IMG/VR virus record: IMGVR_UViG_3300009011_000002
Coordinates: 124,001-188,000 of that record
DNA length: 64,000 nucleotides
Strand: one strand, 5' to 3'
The notes beneath the pieces are model-generated. The model made no database searches. It saw nothing but the letters and a program-made list of their open reading frames with translations, and was not told the origin of the DNA. This document shows positions 47,852 through 55,854 of this stretch, piece after piece (the first letter of the stretch is position 1; each line of letters begins with the position of its first letter). The translations under genes were made by a program, and so were the position numbers.

Positions 47852-48018
47852 TAGTCGATCGTCCAGCGGGGGTTCTTGATGTAGACCGACTGGATGGTGC
47901 CTTTCTTTAGGCGTTGTTGCAGACGTTCAGCAGCGGCTTTGGATTCCTCCACCATGGCGAGAGGACCGCTGTGGGAGAGACGGTGTGCATCCACGAACAT
48001 CAAGTACTTGCTTTCCAT
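47851..48018 (-). CDS. hypothetical protein
   Basis: likely start MESKYL at 48018 after AAGGA. Confidence 0.5.
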   Translation of the reverse strand: MESKYLMFVDAHRLSHSGPLAMVEESKAAAERLQQRLKKGTIQSVYIKNPRWTID

Positions 48019-48022
48019 GGTG

Positions 48023-48358
48023 TTACTTCCTTTTGATTTTGACGATGTAAGGTGAAGACGGCGACGAAGAGAGTGGGACAGTTTCAAATTCCCGACCTTC
48101 GAAAACAGCTGCATTACGTTCAACAACGCTTCGCGTAGCTTCGGTGACAGCCTGAGCGAAGGCAGCTTTGGTATAGGTTGCACGAGGACCTCCGTTGTCA
48201 ATCCAGTGGGGTGGAAGATCGACATGAGGGGCAAGGGCCTCTACAAACTTTTTGGCGTCGGCTTTGTCGATCTCTTGTGCCCGCCATTGCAACCAGTCCA
48301 GGTTGATTACGTATGGACTGACGTCAACTGCGTGGAGCAGGGGTGGTGGTATTTGCAT
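48023..48358 (-). CDS. WxxW-module protein
   Basis: PPPL..INLDWLQWRAQ; AGGAGG RBS. Confidence 0.65.
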   Translation of the reverse strand: MQIPPPLLHAVDVSPYVINLDWLQWRAQEIDKADAKKFVEALAPHVDLPPHWIDNGGPRATYTKAAFAQAVTEATRSVVERNAAVFEGREFETVPLSSSPSSPYIVKIKRK

Positions 48359-48366
48359 AAGACCTC

Positions 48367-48645
48367 CTAGATCTCGTTGACCGTAAACTCCAAGGTCTCC
48401 GAGAAGCTCATACCGTTCATGAAATCTTCCCCGATCTCGGCTTTGGTGATAAAGCCGTTCTCGACAGTAATATGGTACTCGTGGTCGGAGATAGTTGGGT
48501 GCTTACGGATGACCACCACCTTAGGCCCGCCCACAACACCCAAGACCTTTTCCAAGGCATAGGTGTCAATCGGTTTACCGACGGCAGCGGCTTTAGGACG
48601 ATACATCCAGTCGTTCTTGTAACGGTAGAAGTGAATCATGGTCAA
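48367..48645 (-). CDS. hypothetical protein
   Basis: 92 aa. Confidence 0.6.
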   Translation of the reverse strand: MTMIHFYRYKNDWMYRPKAAAVGKPIDTYALEKVLGVVGGPKVVVIRKHPTISDHEYHITVENGFITKAEIGEDFMNGMSFSETLEFTVNEI

Positions 48646-48998
48646 TCCTTGGGGTAAGCGTTGGGATACTTGCTGTCGTCCTCGTCTTCGATTTCAACCG
48701 CCCAACGATGGGTAACCATTTCCAGTGCCAAAGGATCTACAACACCACCCATCTCTTTGGCCACTTCCGTAAGCAAGGTGGGGTGGTAGTTGTGGTCACC
48801 CATTAAGCAACCGCCGACCCTTTTCTCTACTTTCCTTAGTACATCGTCGGGATCGATGTTTTCTACCCGACCGTCGGGATGGAGGGCATACACGCTGTAC
48901 CACTTGCAGTAGTTCTCCATGGTCACAATAGGTCGACCTTCCGGGTCAATCTCTTGAGCCAGCAATGGAATACCGCGGTGACTTACGTACTTGGCCAT
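48642..48998 (-). CDS. hypothetical protein
   Basis: 118 aa. Confidence 0.65.
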   Translation of the reverse strand: MAKYVSHRGIPLLAQEIDPEGRPIVTMENYCKWYSVYALHPDGRVENIDPDDVLRKVEKRVGGCLMGDHNYHPTLLTEVAKEMGGVVDPLALEMVTHRWAVEIEDEDDSKYPNAYPKD

Positions 48999-49390
48999 AC
49001 CTTGCCCTTTAGTCGGTTGTTGTCCGTAATGGAAAGAACTTCAATTTTCAAGTCATTCATCAGGGTGCAATGATCGTTGTCGATTTTCGTGGCAACATAC
49101 ACATAGGTCTGACCGTGTAGAATGCCCTTTAAATCACCATCCACCCAACGCTTGTTAATGACATGAACAACCTCACCTACATACTTGCCTTCACTGTAAG
49201 AGAATCGACAGTGGATGTCTACGGTGTGGTCTTTATAGGGAAGATCATACACGACACATAGCGCCTGGCAGGTACGCCAGAAACCAAAAGTGAGTGCTTC
49301 TTCGTAAGAAATCTGGCGATTGCGTCTAAGGTACAGCGTGGCTATCCTTACCGACATCGCCGGATGAGGGTTAAAGTGGGCTGGGTCCAT
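48983..49390 (-). CDS. hypothetical protein (possible degenerate WxxW module)
   Basis: YLRRNRQISYEEALTFG resembles the module's second helix. Confidence 0.6.
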   Translation of the reverse strand: MDPAHFNPHPAMSVRIATLYLRRNRQISYEEALTFGFWRTCQALCVVYDLPYKDHTVDIHCRFSYSEGKYVGEVVHVINKRWVDGDLKGILHGQTYVYVATKIDNDHCTLMNDLKIEVLSITDNNRLKGKVWPST

Positions 49391-49890
49391 TAAGCAACCT
49401 TCTTGTATTCTTCGTCATGGACGGTAGGGTTACCGGCCGCTTCCTTGGCAAGCTTATCGGCTAGCTCGTTATCGGGAATACCCGCGTGGGCTTTAACCTT
49501 GATAAACGTCACCTTGTTCACCGCCAGCAGTTCGTGCATGATCCGCCACAGATCTTGGTTCTTGATCGGCTGTTGGGTCTTCCACGAAATGTAACCACTT
49601 CGGTTCCAACCCTTCAACCATTTGGTCGAACAGTCAATTGTGTACTGCGAGTCTGTGTAGATCTCGAAATGTTTACCCGGGCCGAATTCTTCCAGTGTCG
49701 CAATAACCCCCATGATTTCCATACGGTTATTGGTCGTCAAGTAGTAGCCCTTAGAGAGTGTGACCATCAGGTCTCCGCATCTCACTACCGACGCATAGCC
49801 CCCAGGACCGGGGTTGTTCAAGGCGCTACCATCCGTGTGCGCCTTGATTACGACTGGAGGCGTTTTACTCTTCGCCGCCTTTTTGGCCAT
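49390..49890 (-). CDS. rnhA: ribonuclease HI
   Basis: TDGS..NPGPGG, TNNRME, TDSQY, KNQDLW, VKAHAG..DNELAD. Confidence 0.95.
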   Translation of the reverse strand: MAKKAAKSKTPPVVIKAHTDGSALNNPGPGGYASVVRCGDLMVTLSKGYYLTTNNRMEIMGVIATLEEFGPGKHFEIYTDSQYTIDCSTKWLKGWNRSGYISWKTQQPIKNQDLWRIMHELLAVNKVTFIKVKAHAGIPDNELADKLAKEAAGNPTVHDEEYKKVA

Positions 49891-50911
49891 CAGTTTCTCC
49901 TCGCGGGTCAAAGTGCCCCATACGTTCCATCGCCTCGATAACTTTCATACGAGACTGAATGGAGTCAATAACGAACTGCGCTTGACTTCGGGTGAAGTCA
50001 CAGATCGGACAGCCATCCGCAACCATGTTGAGAATTTCATTTTGGAAAGTCTCATCAAACTTACGGTCAACTTCGACGCTGATATAACTCTTGTGCGAAT
50101 CGACACAATAAATACCGTCGCCAGTGTGGTAAAAGTAGTAGAAGGTGTCTGGGGTATCAATCCGACAAAATTGGAACTGGTCCCATACTTGGAACTGGAT
50201 CGGCTTGAAGCGCATGTCATTCCAGTGGCCCTTCAGCAACAGGATGCCAGTTTGACAGTCAACACTGATGCCATTCAGAAATGCACGCAACAGGATCAAC
50301 TTCCCACCTTGTGCGACGAGGTGAGAGTTCTTCAACTCACTCGTCTGAATGTCAATGCCGTACACGGAGTACAGGGAGGAGTCGTAGATCGAACTGCTGC
50401 GAATGTAAACATCCGCGACACTGTCCGTCTCCGTCCCATCCATATTGCGATCGGACTCAGCTGGCAGCCGGGTGTTTTCCAGGTGGGTAGATTCCAAGTG
50501 GGCACTCTCCACATCCCGGGAGAAGATATTGGACCACTCCTTGTTGAACCCGATGTAGGAATCCCGCATGTAGCAGTTGGTCACATTGGCGTGGACGATG
50601 GTGTTGTTCTCTCGCAGCTTGATACCGTCCACTGTGCTGTCGACGACAGTTAGGGTAGCGAGGTGGCGGTTAGCTTCAAAGTCCTTTGCATAGAGCCTGA
50701 CAGAGCTCTTCCCATCGACAGTGAGCATCAGGGCCGTGTCGTTCACCGGAATACGGTAAATGTCGTCCCCGTTGACCGACGCATTACCCATGTGCTCTGT
50801 AAGCACTCCCTGGGCATTTGGAGCTACGTTGATCTGTTGAGGGATCAGGCGAACGCCGTCCATGTACACTTCGCTGTTGAATTCGAATTTCTCAGTCATG
50901 GCAAATCTCAT
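49865..50911 (-). CDS. beta-helix-like repeat protein, paralog of 50963..52450
   Basis: short S/N-x-hydrophobic repeats; C-terminal FVIDSIQSRMKVI. Confidence 0.7.
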   Translation of the reverse strand: MRFAMTEKFEFNSEVYMDGVRLIPQQINVAPNAQGVLTEHMGNASVNGDDIYRIPVNDTALMLTVDGKSSVRLYAKDFEANRHLATLTVVDSTVDGIKLRENNTIVHANVTNCYMRDSYIGFNKEWSNIFSRDVESAHLESTHLENTRLPAESDRNMDGTETDSVADVYIRSSSIYDSSLYSVYGIDIQTSELKNSHLVAQGGKLILLRAFLNGISVDCQTGILLLKGHWNDMRFKPIQFQVWDQFQFCRIDTPDTFYYFYHTGDGIYCVDSHKSYISVEVDRKFDETFQNEILNMVADGCPICDFTRSQAQFVIDSIQSRMKVIEAMERMGHFDPRGETDGQKGGEE

Positions 50912-50962
50912 ATAAGTTAAATACCCCAGCGGATAGCTCCGCCGGGGTATTAATGGGGTTGG

Positions 50963-52450
50963 TTAATTGTCGAGCACGTCGTCCCAACGATCGAAACGAC
51001 CTTCCACGGTACGTACGATCTCGGTAGCCGAGTCCAGGATGCGGATCATTTCCAGACGCGACATTACCGCATCTACCGCATACTTGATGATGCTTTGTGC
51101 CAGCGGGTTGTTGTCAGGTGCTGGGGCGATTTCTTCCCAGCGGTAAGCGCGGCCGGAGATCACTTCGGTGACCACCTTCTCGATCGCTTCACGATCGTCG
51201 GTGAGCAGGATGCGCTTCGGTGTGCCGGTGAAGATATAGATATCCGCTTCGGTAGCCGAGGTACGACCCATGTGCAGTGTATCGGTCGGCAGGTCAACCT
51301 TGAGGAAGTTGAACTTGTTCTGCATGTTCAGCGCACGCTGGGAGATGTGCTCGCCGTTCAGGGAGAGGTTACGCAGGGTAACATGCCCTTCGCAATGCAC
51401 CGACGCTTCGACTGCATTCACGCGTTCCAGGAAGACTGTGGAACCTTTGATCTCCGCATGATCGAGGTAACCCTCGACAACACGCAGGTAACGATCCGAT
51501 ACCAGCGTGGAGCCTGTCACCGTAACCTTCGAGTAGAACCCTTCCGGTACCTGAGAGTCGGCGATCTGCGAACGGCGCAGACGCAGACGTTCGTGACGGT
51601 GACGTTTGAACTTGAATTCCTTGTCGGTAGTACCCCATGGCTTGAGCGACTGACGGCTTCCATACCGGTAACCCTGGTATTCACGCTGGGCACGAATGAC
51701 GGACACATTCATCACCGAGTTCTTCACGTCAACGTTGTGCAGCTGGTTCTCACCCAGGAACAGGTTGTTCTCGCTGCTCGAGTTGATGAGCACCACTTCC
51801 GCTGGCATGGACGAACGACGGGAGACGTAGCAGTCGTAATCATCGCCATGACCCAGCTTGTTCAGTTCCATGACCACGCTGGACTTGTCGTCGAGGTAGT
51901 AGGTCAGGGTAATGCCGTCAACAACGACGTAGTATTCGCTGATGGCGGTGTCGTCCAGGCCGTACAGGCTGAATTCCATGCGCGGCTGTTGGATACCGGC
52001 ATTGTCCTTCGCAGGGTCAACGATTCGGCCACGGTGGATCTTCAAACCAGTACGACTCGGCGCAATCTGCATGCTGTTGACCACCACGTAAGGCGGTTCC
52101 AGCATGGCGATGTCACGCTCGGTCAGAGCGACCTTGTCCGGGTAGATCTGCATGTACGGCTTGCCGTCACCGTTGAAGAGGTTTACTGCCTTCACGGGTT
52201 CAGCAGTCGTGTCATACGACCACGGTAAGCCAGTAAAGGCGGGATCGGTGCTGGTGACCAGGGTCTTTCCCTCGTGGTCCTTACCGACCTCTTTGATGGC
52301 AGGTTTAGCGGCACCTGCCTGGCTGGCGTTCTTGATCTTCTTGGCGACCATGGCTTCCACGGCTACCGGAACATCGGCCTTGGCGATCAAGTCTTTGGTA
52401 ACGTCCTTGACCACTTGATCTTTGTCTTTTACTGCAGTTTCTTTAGCCAC
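50963..52450 (-). CDS. beta-helix-like repeat protein, paralog of 49865..50911
   Basis: C-terminal YAVDAVMSRLEMI; F...D.P.DT shared. Confidence 0.7.
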   Translation of the reverse strand: MAKETAVKDKDQVVKDVTKDLIAKADVPVAVEAMVAKKIKNASQAGAAKPAIKEVGKDHEGKTLVTSTDPAFTGLPWSYDTTAEPVKAVNLFNGDGKPYMQIYPDKVALTERDIAMLEPPYVVVNSMQIAPSRTGLKIHRGRIVDPAKDNAGIQQPRMEFSLYGLDDTAISEYYVVVDGITLTYYLDDKSSVVMELNKLGHGDDYDCYVSRRSSMPAEVVLINSSSENNLFLGENQLHNVDVKNSVMNVSVIRAQREYQGYRYGSRQSLKPWGTTDKEFKFKRHRHERLRLRRSQIADSQVPEGFYSKVTVTGSTLVSDRYLRVVEGYLDHAEIKGSTVFLERVNAVEASVHCEGHVTLRNLSLNGEHISQRALNMQNKFNFLKVDLPTDTLHMGRTSATEADIYIFTGTPKRILLTDDREAIEKVVTEVISGRAYRWEEIAPAPDNNPLAQSIIKYAVDAVMSRLEMIRILDSATEIVRTVEGRFDRWDDVLDN

Positions 52451-54427
52451 TTATGCCGCTCCTTGTTTGATGTGCTTGATGAGAGTGTCGATAGAATCGA
52501 CTTGGGTTCCGCTCACTATACGGATACCCAGCTCAGCTGCTTTTAACAGTTTACTGTTACTAGGCTTCTCCCCCACGATGAGGAAGTCGCAGTCCTTACT
52601 AACGGTGTTTACCAGTTCAACCCCGTGGTGTTCGAAATACCGTGTCAACAGATCACGAGGTTGACCCAATTCACCGGTAACGCAACCTTTGAGACCACTG
52701 CCCAGGAAAGCCATTGGAACCTCCTTGAGGGTGCTCAGTAACAAAAGGGCATTATCCCTCCAGTCGGGGTCTTTGGCTGTCTCGGCGATCGGAAGTGCTA
52801 AGCCCGCTGAGAACCCGGAGATCTTTACGATGTTGTCCACATCACCGAACCAATCCAGCAAGGCCGGTGAAGAACCGGAACCCCACGCCACCGCCAGCTT
52901 ACGCGCGCGGGTCAAACTGATGTTAGGTAAACCCAACGCACAGATGATTCGATCCAGTGGTTGTTCTTTGGCGCACTTAACCGAATCAAGGTTGCCATTG
53001 TTCAGCCACGGGTACTCGACAGCAAAGATATCCGCTGGGCGGTTGACATGACCCTGGTCGATCAAACGACCCATGACAATTGGACCGATACCACGGATAT
53101 CCAGACACCGTTTACCCACCATTGCCAAACACCGCATCAGAAGCTGTCCAGGACAGCCAGAGACGTTGTTACAGAAGAGGTCGGCGCTGGTCTTGGTAAC
53201 GCGCAGTTCCAACACGGAACCGCAGTCAGGACACTCCGTAGGAGCTTCCAGCATCTTGCCTGTACCGTGATCAGCCACCACTGACACCTGAGGGATCACA
53301 TCACCGTTACGGGTGATCACTACCTTGGAGTCTTCCCGTAGCCCTAACTCCATGAAGTTGCGGTAGTTGTGGATCAAAGCCCGAGAACACCAAACCCCAC
53401 CCAGCTTAATCGCTTGGTAGATACCGGTCGGTACCACACGCCCCACTTTGCTGGTCGCCCAGTCGATGCTCTCGAATGGCGTGGTCGCTTCGGCAAACGG
53501 GAACTTGTACGCTCGAGCTGAATGACTAAAGCGGTTGTTGTGACCCAGTTCAGCAACCACGTTCAGGTCGTTGTGCTTGATCACGATACCGTCGGATGGC
53601 CAGTGAATGTCTTCACGGTTCTCTTTGATATCTTCAATGTCGCAAGGTGGTGCGGGACGGAACCCTGCTTCTGACCATTCCCCCAACAAGTGGCTGTACT
53701 CGGTTTGACCCAAGTTATTATCGCTCCAATAAATCCGGAACGACAACATCCCCAGTACAGCTTCGTCCTGGTTCTTCAACAACGCTCGTACCCAACCACT
53801 GACCGCATTACGTGGGTTAGCTTTCTCCTTGGTGGAAATCTCGTTGTACTGCCGGTAGTTCTCGTACGAGATAACCCCCTCGCCACGAATCTCCATGTCA
53901 GCCGGCCAATGACTCGGGATATATTCTGGAATGGAGTCGTCAAACAACCGGATGGAATGAGTAACATCCTCGCCGTCCAACCCACTGCCCCGGGTAAACA
54001 TCCCCACCCGTCGCCAGTTCTCATAACGAACGGATAAGGCTATGCCGTCCAACTTGACTTCGTACCAGTAGAAGGTATCGGGTGGAAACTTCTTCTGGAA
54101 CTCTTCCACTTCTTCCATCGAGTAGACTTTCTTCAAGCTGATCATGGGTTGATCGAACTTGATAATCTTCAAGCCTTCGTTGGTAGGGGTGTGAATTGGC
54201 ACAGGGCGCTGGTGAATGGCAAACAGTTCTGCCAAATCAGGACGGTGTTCCGCCAGCACATCCCAACGCTTCACCAGATCGTCGTAAACGTGGTTAGGGA
54301 TCTCTTGCCTGTCCTTATTAAAGAACAGATCCGCGTGGTAGGTGATCTGACGAGACAGGTTTTCCATCTCCTCGAAGATGACGTCCTGCTCGTCACTTTC
54401 GGTAGCGGGAGCAACTTGAAAGGCCAT
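52451..54427 (-). CDS. ligA: NAD-dependent DNA ligase
   Basis: EVKLDG, TRG.G..GED, EIRGE, NPRN, DGIVIK, GDVIP, Cys4 zinc finger, HhH, BRCT. Confidence 0.95.
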   Translation of the reverse strand: MAFQVAPATESDEQDVIFEEMENLSRQITYHADLFFNKDRQEIPNHVYDDLVKRWDVLAEHRPDLAELFAIHQRPVPIHTPTNEGLKIIKFDQPMISLKKVYSMEEVEEFQKKFPPDTFYWYEVKLDGIALSVRYENWRRVGMFTRGSGLDGEDVTHSIRLFDDSIPEYIPSHWPADMEIRGEGVISYENYRQYNEISTKEKANPRNAVSGWVRALLKNQDEAVLGMLSFRIYWSDNNLGQTEYSHLLGEWSEAGFRPAPPCDIEDIKENREDIHWPSDGIVIKHNDLNVVAELGHNNRFSHSARAYKFPFAEATTPFESIDWATSKVGRVVPTGIYQAIKLGGVWCSRALIHNYRNFMELGLREDSKVVITRNGDVIPQVSVVADHGTGKMLEAPTECPDCGSVLELRVTKTSADLFCNNVSGCPGQLLMRCLAMVGKRCLDIRGIGPIVMGRLIDQGHVNRPADIFAVEYPWLNNGNLDSVKCAKEQPLDRIICALGLPNISLTRARKLAVAWGSGSSPALLDWFGDVDNIVKISGFSAGLALPIAETAKDPDWRDNALLLLSTLKEVPMAFLGSGLKGCVTGELGQPRDLLTRYFEHHGVELVNTVSKDCDFLIVGEKPSNSKLLKAAELGIRIVSGTQVDSIDTLIKHIKQGAA

Positions 54428-54467
54428 AAGGTGCCTCTTTGAAATTTGAACTATCAGCTATAAGGCA

Positions 54468-54496
54468 AGCACTAGGGGGTTGCCCGCCCTAGTGCT
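54468..54496. terminator. intergenic hairpin
   Basis: AGCACTAGGG...CCCTAGTGCT. Confidence 0.5.
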
Positions 54497-54502
54497 CGAA
54501 GA

Positions 54503-54970
54503 TCATGCACAGACTTTGTTCTTTTCTGCCTGGAGGTCGTTCAGCAAACGGATGTCAATCAGGTCTTGATCTCGTTTGGCTTTTGGACGTTCAGGCTGGG
54601 CGTAACCACCCCGCTTCTGGATCATGAGGGTCAGCGGGTCGAAGATCTGAATACCTTCGACGTTGTGAATGCCGAAGTAGGTGTTACGCTTACGGATCCA
54701 GATCGGGGCTTCCTTGTCGTAATCCTCGCCGTGACCACTTTTGTACTGGAACGCTACGTCGACCATGGGGTGGACAATGACATTCTGATGGGCGGCGATC
54801 TTGAGGAACGATTCCTCATTCAACCACAGGTTAATGTCCTGGGTATTTTCACGCAACTCCATTGCAACTAACGCACCCCCACCGCCGACGACCATGTGGT
54901 CGAAAGGAACCGCATGATCTTCGAAAAGAGTACGCAGTCTCAAAGCGATTTCATAAGAGCTTCTGATCAT
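54503..54970 (-). CDS. Pol-beta superfamily nucleotidyltransferase-like protein
   Basis: VVGGGGAL...RENTQDIN; C-terminal QK...R.K..D..D. Confidence 0.65.
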   Translation of the reverse strand: MIRSSYEIALRLRTLFEDHAVPFDHMVVGGGGALVAMELRENTQDINLWLNEESFLKIAAHQNVIVHPMVDVAFQYKSGHGEDYDKEAPIWIRKRNTYFGIHNVEGIQIFDPLTLMIQKRGGYAQPERPKAKRDQDLIDIRLLNDLQAEKNKVCA

Positions 54971-54982
54971 TTCAAACCTTAC

Positions 54983-55423
54983 TCACGCCACGATCCGGGC
55001 GGTAAATCTGGATTGTTTAAGGATGTGTTCGAGTACCGCCACTTCGGCAAGATCGACCACACGTTTTTCTTCTTTACGGTTGGGGTGAGTTGCCAGGTAA
55101 CGCTTTTGCGTTAACATGGACTGAGGGCTGTAAATCCAGACACCGTCCACGCAGACAATGCCTGTATCCTCGTCCAAGATGTGCAGGTCGATGTCTTCGG
55201 CGTATTCGATACGCTCTGCGAAGCCTTCTTCCAGCAATACCGTTCTGCTACCTGAAACCCAACGGAAGACTGGAGCCAATACATCAGCATCCAGATCTTC
55301 CGCTTCATCACGGACACCCATCATTACCAGCGCTGCTCCCGCACTCAGTACTACGTTGTGCGGGTCCTCCTTCAGCTCCTGAACAAGCGCATTGTAACGT
55401 GCAATCACTTGATCCTTTTTCAT
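54983..55423 (-). CDS. Pol-beta superfamily nucleotidyltransferase-like protein (paralog)
   Basis: VLSAGAAL..GVRDEAEDLD; IDLH; C-terminal QK...R..K..DL. Confidence 0.7.
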   Translation of the reverse strand: MKKDQVIARYNALVQELKEDPHNVVLSAGAALVMMGVRDEAEDLDADVLAPVFRWVSGSRTVLLEEGFAERIEYAEDIDLHILDEDTGIVCVDGVWIYSPQSMLTQKRYLATHPNRKEEKRVVDLAEVAVLEHILKQSRFTARIVA

Positions 55424-55457
55424 GATGAAATCCTGTTGTGTTAAGTGTTTTTTCTAG

Positions 55458-55721
55458 TTAATGCACCAACTGAGGCAAGTGGTAGACCATGTTCTCGATG
55501 CTGCGAGGGTCCGCCATTTGGTTCAGTACGGTGTACCCAACGGGCTGTGTGCCCGTAGCATCAAAATACACCAGTACTTGGTTCATGCCAGCGAAGTTCA
55601 CGATGGCGGTTTGACCGTTAACAGGGTCAGCACTCCAGGTTACAGTAGCAGTACCTGGACCTTGTGCATCCGGGAAGAGGACGCCTTCTGCGTTTTGGTT
55701 CACTTGAAATTGAGTGTTCAT
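55458..55721 (-). CDS. hypothetical protein
   Basis: likely start MNTQFQ at 55721; first gene after a promoter. Confidence 0.55.
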   Translation of the reverse strand: MNTQFQVNQNAEGVLFPDAQGPGTATVTWSADPVNGQTAIVNFAGMNQVLVYFDATGTQPVGYTVLNQMADPRSIENMVYHLPQLVH

Positions 55722-55824
55722 ATATGTTCTCTTCTGGAATGCTTCATAACCATGGGATACACCAGTTCGAATACAACCAAAAGAGTCAGAGAAATGAACA
55801 CTCATCTCTCTGGACTCCACCGTA

Positions 55825-55854
55825 GTAATATAGGTTTATTAAATTACTACGGTG
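55825..55854 (-). promoter_or_regulatory. early promoter abutting the end of the SbcC-like gene
   Basis: AAACCTATATTAC at 55825-55837. Confidence 0.8.
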
